NCBI GenBank assembly: GCA_036339465.1
Contig: JAYZAY010000011.1
Span: forward strand, 1 to 64,000
DNA from: Myxococcota bacterium
GTDB lineage: Bacteria > Myxococcota > XYA12-FULL-58-9 > JABJBS01
Direction: 5' to 3'
DNA: 64,000 nucleotides
Part shown: one piece after another, positions 1-9,240 of the stretch
Layout: each line of letters begins with the position of its first letter
Numbering within the stretch: the first letter of the stretch is position 1
Program-made: the position numbers and the translations under genes
Notes under the pieces: model-generated
Told to the model about the DNA's origin: nothing
The model's input: only the letters and a program-made list of their open reading frames with translations
The model's database searches: none

Positions 1-2
1 AA

Positions 3-404
3 GAACTCGAAAGTGCAGAGGTTTTACTCTTTGAATTTAAAGGGAAAACGGAGTTAAGTGATGGGAAAATCGATGGGCTAAATGGATTGTATGACACGTT
101 GAGGGAGCAATATTCGGAGCAGGAAGAAGTGCTTCGAGAAACGGCGAAAAAATTGAAGGAAACCCTCACGAATCTGGTTTGCATTGAAGGTAAGAATGTT
201 CATATGGGCGAGGAAAATGGGCGTTTGATGGCAAAGTTGGATGACCAGAGGAGTCATCATCAGGCGCTGGAACGACAGCTTGCTGAGGCGAGGGCACTTT
301 CTGAAACGAAAGAGCAAGATTGGCGACGCGAGAACGAGAAGCGTAACGAATTTTTCGAATCTTCTGGGGATGAATTGCGTAAGGAGATTGAGATTAGGGA
401 CTAG
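3..404 (+). CDS. 3' part of a coiled-coil protein (5'-truncated by the window; possibly prematurely stopped)
   Basis: Frame is open from position 3 (ELESAEVLLFEFKGKTELSDGKIDGLNGLYDTLREQ...) to TAG 402-404; E/K/R/L-rich heptad-like sequence. Confidence 0.6.
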   Translation, partial: ELESAEVLLFEFKGKTELSDGKIDGLNGLYDTLREQYSEQEEVLRETAKKLKETLTNLVCIEGKNVHMGEENGRLMAKLDDQRSHHQALERQLAEARALSETKEQDWRRENEKRNEFFESSGDELRKEIEIRD

Positions 405-640
405 AGCGTCGAGTCAGTTAGATTGAGATTCATTAATACGGTGCTGCATGAAGTGGAACAACTGTAGTCTCAAGTGACCAATATACGTGAGCGTGAGCAG
501 GAGTTCGGTGAAGGGATTTTTGAAAATAAGTCGAAGATTTCCCACCGATTAAATCCTATTCATCAAAGATTCATCCAGACTAAGCGAGAGGGGTAGCATT
601 TACCGAGTCGTGATTCTCCCCGGAGGTTGAGCGCATAATC

Positions 641-2050
641 TTATTGATTAAGATACTGACGAATTTTTTCCATGGTAAACGGCTTTTCGAGTACCTGATC
701 TACGCCTCGAATTTGTAATTCACTGTTGGTTAATTCCAATGACCAACCTGTTGTTAACCACATACGGGTATTGGGGTACTTTTGTTTTATTTGCCATATG
801 ACTTCCCATCCGACAGTTCCAGCGAGGTCAAGATCGACAATCACGAGATCGACTTTTGATGTCTGAAATTCTGAAATAGCTTCTTCGTAAGAGGTATAGG
901 TTTGGCACCCATGGCCGAGTTCCTCGAATATTTCGACGAACAAATCTCGAATTGGGCCATCATCGTCAATGACGACGGCGTTGACTTTGGTATGGAGTTT
1001 ACTCAGTGGTTCCCGTTTACGTGAAGTAATTTCTTCTAGCAGGAGTCTAAAGGTCGTGCCTTCTTCTGAAGAGTCCAACTCGATTTGGATATGGTTAATA
1101 TCTAAGCACTTTTTTACCGAACTTAGACCCAGCCCTTGGCCGTCAGTCCCCTTTGTCGTGAAAAATGGCAGAAAGATCTTTTCCTGGAGAGGTTTTGGAA
1201 TCCCCGGGCCGTTATCGGTGACTTCCAATAGCAGTTGCTCGCCTTGGGCAAATGATTTCAAGGTAACTCTCCCACGGGGAGTCACCGCGTCGATAGCGTT
1301 TTTTGTGAGATTCAATAAAGCATCGAATAGCTCAGAGTAGTATCCCTCGTAGAATAGCCCCGGGCTGTGGTCTACCACCAGGGTGACTCCATCGGGAAGG
1401 GAGCTTTCCGTGAATTCCGCGACATCATTTAGGAGGTGAGCAATATTGAAGCGTTTTGTTTTGGGACCATCATTTTGGGCCAGGACACGAATTCGTCGAA
1501 TTGAACTTTCGGCCTTCTCGATGCCTTTCAAGGCTATTTCGGTATGTCTTGAGATGTGTTCTAAGTGCCCAACTTTTTTATCGATTTGGATAAGGTGATG
1601 CTGGCTTACCATGATTGCATTGTTTAGGTCATGGGCTATTTGAGCTGCGTTGAGTCCAAGTTCTTGTAGATTTCGATCGCGTCTTTCATGGGATGCCAAG
1701 CCTGGTGGTTTCGCCAAAATGGGTCGGAAACATAGATTCCAGCACGTAGATGTGGGGGAAGGAATCGGCAAGAAAATTCCGAAAAACATTTCGGTGCCTT
1801 CATTGTCACCCAAGGTTTTTTGGAATGCCAGATCGAAAATTCGCTGAGGTTTTTCGGACAATTGGCGCTCGAGGTTTTGGGCTTTCAATAATTTATCCAA
1901 AGAAACCGGAAGCTTGATCTCTGATGGTTTGATTTCCAGGAGGTGAAGCGCTCGGTTATTGAGCTCGGTGATTTGTCGGTCAACAATGAAGAGCATTGGC
2001 CAGTTGTGAAACGCTTGTTCAGCAATTTGGATATTTGAGCAGGTCACCAT
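641..2050 (-). CDS. Hybrid sensor histidine kinase / response regulator
   Basis: H-box AQIAHDLNN, N-box LLNLTKNAIDA, DNGPGI, FFTTK, GQGLGL; C-terminal receiver (VIDDD...IVDLDL...TTG...LEKPF). Confidence 0.9.
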   Translation of the reverse strand: MVTCSNIQIAEQAFHNWPMLFIVDRQITELNNRALHLLEIKPSEIKLPVSLDKLLKAQNLERQLSEKPQRIFDLAFQKTLGDNEGTEMFFGIFLPIPSPTSTCWNLCFRPILAKPPGLASHERRDRNLQELGLNAAQIAHDLNNAIMVSQHHLIQIDKKVGHLEHISRHTEIALKGIEKAESSIRRIRVLAQNDGPKTKRFNIAHLLNDVAEFTESSLPDGVTLVVDHSPGLFYEGYYSELFDALLNLTKNAIDAVTPRGRVTLKSFAQGEQLLLEVTDNGPGIPKPLQEKIFLPFFTTKGTDGQGLGLSSVKKCLDINHIQIELDSSEEGTTFRLLLEEITSRKREPLSKLHTKVNAVVIDDDGPIRDLFVEIFEELGHGCQTYTSYEEAISEFQTSKVDLVIVDLDLAGTVGWEVIWQIKQKYPNTRMWLTTGWSLELTNSELQIRGVDQVLEKPFTMEKIRQYLNQ

Positions 2051-2158
2051 GGAGTCTACATAACTTTTCTTATGGCGACTGTCATCTTCCCAGGAACAAT
2101 TGATGCGCCCGCATTTTTGTGGTTTTTATGGCCAAAATCAAACAAGGGTTGATGAATT

Positions 2159-3649
2159 ATGTCAGAACTTATTTTAGCGATTGATCAGGGTACCACTGGT
2201 ACGACGTCGCTCATTCTCGATTTTTCGCATGGTGCAGTGGAGGTAAAAGGTCGTGGTTATGCGGAATTTGAACAACATTTTCCCCAACCAGGTTGGGTGG
2301 AGCACAATCTGAACCAAATTTGGGATTCTGTCACGATGTCGATCCATGGCGCCCTAGAGGCTGCAGGGGTAAAGGGTGATTCCATTGGGGCCATAGGCAT
2401 AACAAATCAGCGTGAAACCATTGGTGTTTGGGATGAAAATGGTCGGCCTTTGTGCAACGCAATTGTTTGGCAAGATCGCCGCACCGCCGAAATATGTGCT
2501 GGCCTTAAAGCTGCTCACAAGGAGCCCGAGGTACGAGCGAAAACAGGGTTGCTTCTAGATCCATATTTTTCCGGTACGAAGCTGGGATGGATTCTAAGTG
2601 AGCAACCAGAACTGCGCGAGCGGGCTAGGGCTAAGAAATTACGAGCCGGAACCATGGATACGTGGCTTCTTTGGAAATTAACGAATGGGGCATCCTATAA
2701 AACCGATGTGACCAATGCATCTCGTACGCTTCTTTTTGATATTCACAAGGGTGTCTGGGATGAGAGTTTAGCGGGGATGTGCTCTGAGGTACCGGTTGAT
2801 ATTTTGCCTGAGGTTTTTGGGTGTGACGACTGGTTTGGTGAAACTCAAGGCGTGGCTGGTCTTCGAGATGGTATTCCCATCCTTGGAATTGCCGGTGACC
2901 AGCAGGCCTCCCTCTTTGGGCAGGCTTGTTTTTTGCCGGGAATGGCAAAATGCACCTATGGGACTGGGGCGTTTGCTTTGGTAAATACGGGTGAGCAAGC
3001 GATTCAAAGTGACGAGGGGCTTCTTACGACGATTGCATGGAAGGTTGGAGGAAAGACGAGTTATGCGATTGAGGGGAGCGTTTTTGTGGCTGGCGCTATT
3101 GTGCAGTGGCTTCGTGATGGACTCGGATTTTTTCAGAGCAGTGCTGAAGTAGAGGCCTTGGCCAACACGGTGGAGGATACCGCAGGTGTTATGTTGGTGC
3201 CTGCGTTGACAGGTCTCGGCGCACCCCATTGGAATCCCGATGCTCGGGGGGTCATTTCAGGCCTTACCAGAGGGACAAACCGAGCGCATATCGCTCGGGC
3301 TGCTTTGGAGGGTATTGCTTGGCAGGTGTATGAACTTGTAGGCGCAATGGGAAAGGGAGCGGGTGCCAACAATGTCGAGGTACTGAGGGTTGATGGGGGT
3401 GCCACTGCCAACAATTTCTTAATGCAATTTCAAGCAGATATTTTGGGGCGAAGTATTGAGAGACCGAAGGTTTTAGATACGACTGCCTTAGGCGCGGCCT
3501 ATCTGGCGGCCCTTGGTTTAGGGGCTGTTTCTGGTCAGGGGGCGATCGCAATGGAGCGTCAAATCGATCGTGTATTTGAACCCTCCATGGGGCAGGATCA
3601 AGTACGCGAGCGTTTTGCTCAGTGGCAAGATGCTGTTTCTAAGGCTTAA
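2159..3649 (+). CDS. glpK: Glycerol kinase
   Basis: IDQGTTGT, GITNQRET, IVWQDRRT, DPYFSGTK, TDVTNASRT, GDQQASLFGQ, KCTYGTG, RVDGGA motifs. Confidence 0.97.
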   Translation: MSELILAIDQGTTGTTSLILDFSHGAVEVKGRGYAEFEQHFPQPGWVEHNLNQIWDSVTMSIHGALEAAGVKGDSIGAIGITNQRETIGVWDENGRPLCNAIVWQDRRTAEICAGLKAAHKEPEVRAKTGLLLDPYFSGTKLGWILSEQPELRERARAKKLRAGTMDTWLLWKLTNGASYKTDVTNASRTLLFDIHKGVWDESLAGMCSEVPVDILPEVFGCDDWFGETQGVAGLRDGIPILGIAGDQQASLFGQACFLPGMAKCTYGTGAFALVNTGEQAIQSDEGLLTTIAWKVGGKTSYAIEGSVFVAGAIVQWLRDGLGFFQSSAEVEALANTVEDTAGVMLVPALTGLGAPHWNPDARGVISGLTRGTNRAHIARAALEGIAWQVYELVGAMGKGAGANNVEVLRVDGGATANNFLMQFQADILGRSIERPKVLDTTALGAAYLAALGLGAVSGQGAIAMERQIDRVFEPSMGQDQVRERFAQWQDAVSKA

Positions 3650-6627
3650 TTGGGGCTTTGGTAATTAAAGCTAGCCAGGAAGAGCGATCTGCTTTTCCAG
3701 CCGAAAAGTGTGTAGAGATTGAGTTCTTCAAAAGAAGTGCTGGGGCTATAGAGGCCCAGTAGTTGCCAATAATATGTATTAGATTTTAGGGTCAATTCTT
3801 CTGCTTCTTGGGGAAAGACCGGTAGATCGACGAGTACATTGTCCCCGGCTGAAATAATCAGCCAATGGATGGTTGGACGGGTGATGGGTGGGGCTCCTTC
3901 ACAGGGGATAAATGCCTCAAAATTATAGAGCCAATGGCTATTGGCTGTTGGTAAGACGGGGCTGGTTGAACCGGGCTTGAGTTCGACCTGCAAGTTGATA
4001 GGTGAGGAGCTGGTTTGAATAGAGGATGAGAGCTTGCGGTGGGTAGGAAGAAAAGGGGTTGCAATCACGGGAAGTGTTGGGTCGATCAACCCATAGTTCT
4101 TTGTATCGGATCGAGGCGGATAGGAATTACCTTGATAGCTCATGGCGACCCCGACATCGACGTTAAAGGTGACGAAATCGAGTGCGTCTGGAAGTGCGAG
4201 AGGCATATCCACGAAGAGCAGATCTTTTCCTTTTTCAGTGACCCATGCCATGGGGTGGAGTCCCATGTATCCAAAATCATACCATACTTGAATTGAAGAG
4301 TGGGTCGGTAGGCCGTCTCCAGGTGCGACACCGCTTAAGGGCGGATTGTCTAGGCGGATTTCCAATGGTGTATCCAGAGGTGTATCGATAACAATATCGA
4401 TCTTATCATAGATCTTCATACAGTATTGCAGCCCTTCGATGGAGGTACATTGCTCTCCTTCGCTACAGTCGTTGGGCTCGAAACATGGATCTCCCGAACT
4501 TGGTTCCGTGTACAAAAATGGATGGAATCCCATGGCGTGAACTTTGATGCCTTCCGAACTCAGTTTACCGGCCAACGCAATGACTGAGAGATCGCCGGTT
4601 CGGCCAAACATTTCATATGGGCCATTGCTGTTTAGTTGGGATTTTGGCCCAGGATCGGGAAGTGGCTCTGAGAAATTTCGATAGGTGGTGGTTACCATCA
4701 CTGTATCGTCACCGGTATTGAGCCGATCCTTGATACGGTAGACATTGCCTTTTAGGATCGGAGGTGCTGCACTTTCGGGTTCAGGGCACTCGGGTAGGGG
4801 ATCCGGTGCGGGTCTAGGCTCGGGGGTGAGTTGCATGGTTACGTTTTGGGAATCGATATCCACCAGTGAAAATCGGCCGTGCGCAACTTTACCAGCGTGA
4901 ACCGAAATGGGGCCGGCTAGATCTGGTCCCGAAAGAGTGATCTGACCCCGGGAATTGGTGTATCCCGCTAAATATGGCCGTGATGGATCCACACGTGCTC
5001 CGACCATGACATAAGCGTTGGCCAGTCGATTTCCTTGGGTGTCGGTGACTGTAACGTTGAGTGACCCATTGATTTGTCCACCGGTGGTGAGCTTATTTTC
5101 TACAAATGAATCTACATAGGTGTATGCATCTTCTAAGCGATGTTCGAGACCCAGTCTCTGAAGACTGACGGTTACAGGGCCTTCGTTGACACTTTGGGGG
5201 GTCCGCAGAACCAATCGACTTCGGGAGAGTACAGTGACGTCCTTCGCGTCTTTATGATCAAAGAGAATTTTCATGTCTGAATCGAATCCTGATCCTCTTA
5301 TTTCTACATAGGTTCCACCTGCGATGGAGCCTTGGTCTGGACTTAAACTGGTAATTCTCAAATCGACATATTCAAAAAGGTCATTTCGTATCGCGGTGTT
5401 GTTGTTGTTTTGAATGGAGATTGTGGCTGCTCCCGGCTCGGATTCGGGCGCAAGACAATCCAAAACGTGCGGGTTTTCGGTGGGTTCGCAGGGAGCACTC
5501 AATCCATTGAAAGTGACATAAGCATTGGTTGTTTCGAACCCGGCGACGATAAGTTTAACGGGAGTGCCGCCTTCTGGTGAACCACCGGCTGGAATTACGG
5601 CCAATATTCGCGGAGAGGTATTGTTGGTGTCCACATAGGCAAATGCATTTCGCTCCGTGTCGCGACCAAATCGATTGTTAATGCTCAGCTCCACGAGGCC
5701 TTCGGTATTGGATGATGGGGTTTCCATAGAAAAAGATTGGCCATCGCCCGAAAATTGGGCGGGAATGGTGTTGTCTCCAAATAGAACATTGGAATTACTG
5801 GTGAAACCCGTTCCGGTAACGACCACTTGGGTTCCTCCTGAGAGGGGGCCTGCGACGGGGGCGACTTGGTCGATTTCCACATCCTCGTAAACTCTAAAGG
5901 CATCGATCATGGTATCGGAGCCATTGAGATTCGAGACGGTCACACTGTGGACGCCGCGTTCTAAGGGAGGCGAGAACGTAATGATGGTGTTTGCATTGAC
6001 GAGGGTTGCTGAAGTGGCTTCTGTGGGACCAAATCGCACGATTGTTGCATCCATAAACCCCTTGCCTTTGATAATGACTTCGGTGCCACCTAGGGTGGGT
6101 GCTTCGATGGGCGAGAGTGCTTCTATTTTGATTGGCTCGAAATATTCAAATCCATTTTCAATGAGCGCTGTTTCTGGAGGGCGATCGTTGGTTTCTAGAA
6201 TGACCCGAATCGTCACGCGGGTGGCTGTTGGGTAGGTGGGGGTAAGACATCGAAGTAGGGTATCACTTAGGACTTCTACGTTTTTGCAGGTCCCTGCTGC
6301 AGAAGGCGGTCCGAGCAGGACCCGTGGTGGTGTTTCAGTTGCATAGCTAAAACCGACACCTACAATTTCGATGAGGTCGTCACCTATCGTAGAACCTCGG
6401 TTGGGACGAACCATGTTTAACTTTAGGCGGGGGGCTAATTTGGGACCTTCCTGCTCAACTGCAGATGGGTCTAAGGGGGCGGCGCGGCGGATACCATCTT
6501 CATCGGTTGGACCAATGCGTTGCTCGACTTCTTCCTCGATAGCACCGAGCAACCGGCTGCATGCCGGTAAGGTGGTGATCACCATGCCCAAGGAAAGTAA
6601 AAAGCTAATGTGTTTTGTGGTCTTCAT
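3646..6627 (-). CDS. IPT/TIG-repeat surface lipoprotein
   Basis: Likely start ATG 6627 (MKTTKHISFLLSLGMVITTLPAC, lipobox LPAC); about five repeats of P-x-x-G-x-x-x-GGT-x-V-x-I-x-G-x-GF...F-x-Y; followed by a carboxypeptidase-regulatory-like segment (LNVTVTDTQGNRLANAYV) and a Cys-rich insert. Confidence 0.85.
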   Translation of the reverse strand: MKTTKHISFLLSLGMVITTLPACSRLLGAIEEEVEQRIGPTDEDGIRRAAPLDPSAVEQEGPKLAPRLKLNMVRPNRGSTIGDDLIEIVGVGFSYATETPPRVLLGPPSAAGTCKNVEVLSDTLLRCLTPTYPTATRVTIRVILETNDRPPETALIENGFEYFEPIKIEALSPIEAPTLGGTEVIIKGKGFMDATIVRFGPTEATSATLVNANTIITFSPPLERGVHSVTVSNLNGSDTMIDAFRVYEDVEIDQVAPVAGPLSGGTQVVVTGTGFTSNSNVLFGDNTIPAQFSGDGQSFSMETPSSNTEGLVELSINNRFGRDTERNAFAYVDTNNTSPRILAVIPAGGSPEGGTPVKLIVAGFETTNAYVTFNGLSAPCEPTENPHVLDCLAPESEPGAATISIQNNNNTAIRNDLFEYVDLRITSLSPDQGSIAGGTYVEIRGSGFDSDMKILFDHKDAKDVTVLSRSRLVLRTPQSVNEGPVTVSLQRLGLEHRLEDAYTYVDSFVENKLTTGGQINGSLNVTVTDTQGNRLANAYVMVGARVDPSRPYLAGYTNSRGQITLSGPDLAGPISVHAGKVAHGRFSLVDIDSQNVTMQLTPEPRPAPDPLPECPEPESAAPPILKGNVYRIKDRLNTGDDTVMVTTTYRNFSEPLPDPGPKSQLNSNGPYEMFGRTGDLSVIALAGKLSSEGIKVHAMGFHPFLYTEPSSGDPCFEPNDCSEGEQCTSIEGLQYCMKIYDKIDIVIDTPLDTPLEIRLDNPPLSGVAPGDGLPTHSSIQVWYDFGYMGLHPMAWVTEKGKDLLFVDMPLALPDALDFVTFNVDVGVAMSYQGNSYPPRSDTKNYGLIDPTLPVIATPFLPTHRKLSSSIQTSSSPINLQVELKPGSTSPVLPTANSHWLYNFEAFIPCEGAPPITRPTIHWLIISAGDNVLVDLPVFPQEAEELTLKSNTYYWQLLGLYSPSTSFEELNLYTLFGWKSRSLFLASFNYQSPN

Positions 6628-6798
6628 TGGCTCACTCGTAGTTCTGGGTAGTGAAAGTATGTATTGTAGAGACGGTACTCTTCGGAATTTTGCCAAACGA
6701 CAAGGTACATTTTTCGATTAGCGGTTCCCACTCTTCTATAATAGGATGTGACCCATAATTTGTCGATTTGTAACTTAATCATTGGAGAATTCAAACGG

Positions 6799-7419
6799 AT
6801 GGGGTCTACGAAATACATAGCGGTGGCCGGAAACATCGGTTGTGGAAAGACCACTTTAGTGGATTTTGTGTGCCGAAATTATGGTGTCCAGCCGTTTTTT
6901 GAACCCAACGCCGAGAACCCATATTTGACAGATTTTTACGGCGATATGAAAAAATGGGCATTCCATTCACAAGTGTATTTTCTCACGCATAAGTTTCGGA
7001 TTCATCAGGAGTTAGAGCGGCGTCGTCAGTACGAGACGATTTTACAGGATCGAACCATTTACGAGGATGCAGAAGTTTTCGCCACTTATTTGTATCGTCG
7101 CAGATGCATTGGTCATCGGGACTGGGGGCTTTATAAGGAACTCTATGATACGATTTTGGCTTCCCTGAAACCACCGGACCTTGTCATTTATCTGCGAGCA
7201 TCGGTGAGGACAATTCGCAAACGAATCAAGCAACGGGGAAGGCCCGAGGAACAAGGGATTCCTGTCTCTTACCTTAGAAAATTGAATGAACTCTACGAGG
7301 GGTGGTTTGAGGTCTATGACCGATCGCCAACGATCGTACTAAATACTGATAACCTAAATTATATTGAGGATCTAGAACACCTCATTGATGTTCGTAAAGC
7401 CATCGAGAAATTCCTTTAG
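6799..7419 (+). CDS. Deoxynucleoside kinase (dNK family)
   Basis: GNIGCGKTT P-loop, DRTIYED, PDLVIYL, RIKQRGRPEE lid; GGAG RBS before ATG 6799. Confidence 0.93.
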   Translation: MGSTKYIAVAGNIGCGKTTLVDFVCRNYGVQPFFEPNAENPYLTDFYGDMKKWAFHSQVYFLTHKFRIHQELERRRQYETILQDRTIYEDAEVFATYLYRRRCIGHRDWGLYKELYDTILASLKPPDLVIYLRASVRTIRKRIKQRGRPEEQGIPVSYLRKLNELYEGWFEVYDRSPTIVLNTDNLNYIEDLEHLIDVRKAIEKFL

Positions 7420-7494
7420 AGTCTGAAGCCTTGTGGTGTCGTTGTTTCTTTGAGGGCCAAGCCGACAAAGTTTAATGTGTTACCAATGGACCCA

Positions 7495-8196
7495 TTAGCT
7501 CAATTCCATTTCCAATTGCTTGTCCAATTCGATAGATTTGCGGGATATTTTGGCTCGGTAGGAAAGTGTTTCAACGCCCCTGGCCACAGAATCTCTGAAG
7601 GTTTCGCAATATTCGGAATCCAGTTGGTCGGCCAGGGTGAATTTTTGTACATCGTGTCTTTGGGCCACAAAGATAACCATGGCACGATTGCCTTCTCGTA
7701 CCAGGTTGGTCATACGCTCTAAGAGACTGAGCCCCTCCCGATGTTTCATATCTGGAAAGGCCGCAATCCCGTCCCTTTCATGACTGACACTTTCGACCGA
7801 AAGATAACAAGTTCGTTGGCTGTTGCCTTCAAGAATGAGATTCAATTTATGAGATTGGTCTTTTCGGGGAATGCGCCGTATTGTGGAATAGCCAGCGAGT
7901 TCCGGAATTTGTCCTTTCATGATGGCTTCAGCGACCACGGTAACGGGGCGGCCGGTATGAATTCCCACTGGAGTTCGGCCGGTATAAATGATCTCGAGTT
8001 GGTGTTTAAACCTTATTCTGGGATTCGTGGTTTCTGAGATTAGGACCTTGGCTCCAGGCTCTGAGAGCCCAATCATGCCACCTGGATTGCTGCAATGGAC
8101 AGTGACTTCTTCTCCCGAGCGCAGTTGTACATCGGCTAGGAACCTTTTGTACCGCCGAACAAGTTTGGCTTCTATTAATGGTTCTTCAAAGTTCAT
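7495..8196 (-). CDS. sfsA: SfsA-family protein, catalytic motifs degenerate
   Basis: RRYKRFLADV, HCSNPGGM, AAFPD, GNRAMVIFV, GVETLSY are SfsA-like; RIDF and EVK motifs replaced. Confidence 0.85.
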   Translation of the reverse strand: MNFEEPLIEAKLVRRYKRFLADVQLRSGEEVTVHCSNPGGMIGLSEPGAKVLISETTNPRIRFKHQLEIIYTGRTPVGIHTGRPVTVVAEAIMKGQIPELAGYSTIRRIPRKDQSHKLNLILEGNSQRTCYLSVESVSHERDGIAAFPDMKHREGLSLLERMTNLVREGNRAMVIFVAQRHDVQKFTLADQLDSEYCETFRDSVARGVETLSYRAKISRKSIELDKQLEMELS

Positions 8197-8353
8197 TTTC
8201 TGCCCCCCCGCATTCTGCTTAGATATTTTAGATAACTAGAAAAATACCCAACCAGCTAGTACATATGGTAGATTTTTTCTCTTGTCTAATTATGAATAAG
8301 AATTTCTGAAGCTCTTTCAGCGAGTTTGCTTTCGATGGGAGAGGGCAGATTGA

Positions 8354-8382
8354 TTGACTTGGGGGGCATCGACGTCTACAAT
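8354..8382 (+). promoter_or_regulatory. Sigma70-type promoter for the 8411 gene
   Basis: TTGACT-N17-TACAAT, 28 nt upstream of ATG 8411, which has a GGAG RBS. Confidence 0.7.
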
Positions 8383-8410
8383 CTAACGGTAATATTATTG
8401 TGGAGTTCGT

Positions 8411-9235
8411 ATGCGTTGGGCTATAGTTACAGTGTTGCTCATGACCGGTTCCGTTGCTTTGGGTGAATCAGGCGATGGTGAGATTTCCATGGATGAGAGC
8501 TTAAATAAAGCAGAAATCCAAAAAGATAATCTAGATCGAGCGGCGCGTGGAATTCTTAAGGAGGTCGAGCGGGCTAGAACACAGCGGGATGTGATTAAGC
8601 TCAATTGCCTGGATGATAAGTGGAGAGTGGTCAAGAAATTGGCAGATGTTGGTCAGAGCGCTCTGATGGCCATGCGTGAGGCCAAAGCGACGGGGAACAC
8701 GACCAGTTTTAAGTCCGAGGCAGCGAAATTAAAGAGAACAACCGCAAAGGTCCTACAGATCGGAAAAGACAGTGAGCTTTGTGTGGGGGTCCAGGCGACC
8801 TACGTGGGAAATACCGAACTTGAAGTTGAAGTGGCGGGCAAGACGATCAAGATCGTGACCCAAGCGGCGACCGAGCCGACTTCACCCGGTGATATGGGTG
8901 TTGATTCTGGGGCATCAGCTGATTCCGATAGTTCGGCCTCTGCTGATTCCGACAGTTCCGCATCTGCGGACACAGAGGCCAGTGAGACGGTAGTGCTAGA
9001 AACCTCAGCTGAAGTTGAAACCGACGCGGGGGCCGAATTACAGGCGGATGTTATGGCTTCGGAAGTAACGGGTATCGATGCTGGGGCAACGGCAAGTTCC
9101 GATGAGTCTGATAGTTCCAGTACTGCAGCAGCAGCTTCTACGACTGATGATGGCACAGCCACAGACACAGCCCAAGGGGCAGAGGCTGTGGAGGTTGAGG
9201 TTACTGAATTGCCCCCGGCCAGCGCTACTCAGTAA
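8411..9235 (+). CDS. Secreted helical protein with acidic Ser/Asp/Ala/Thr-rich tail
   Basis: Signal peptide MRWAIVTVLLMTGSVALG; helical domain with two Cys (DVIKLNCL...ELCVG); low-complexity acidic C-terminus. Confidence 0.75.
   Translation: MRWAIVTVLLMTGSVALGESGDGEISMDESLNKAEIQKDNLDRAARGILKEVERARTQRDVIKLNCLDDKWRVVKKLADVGQSALMAMREAKATGNTTSFKSEAAKLKRTTAKVLQIGKDSELCVGVQATYVGNTELEVEVAGKTIKIVTQAATEPTSPGDMGVDSGASADSDSSASADSDSSASADTEASETVVLETSAEVETDAGAELQADVMASEVTGIDAGATASSDESDSSSTAAAASTTDDGTATDTAQGAEAVEVEVTELPPASATQ
8912..8971 (+). repeat. 24-nt coding tandem repeat x2.5 (ASADSDSS)
   Basis: gcatcagctgattccgatagttcg / gcctctgctgattccgacagttcc / gcatctgcggac. Confidence 0.8.
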
Positions 9236-9240
9236 TTGGC

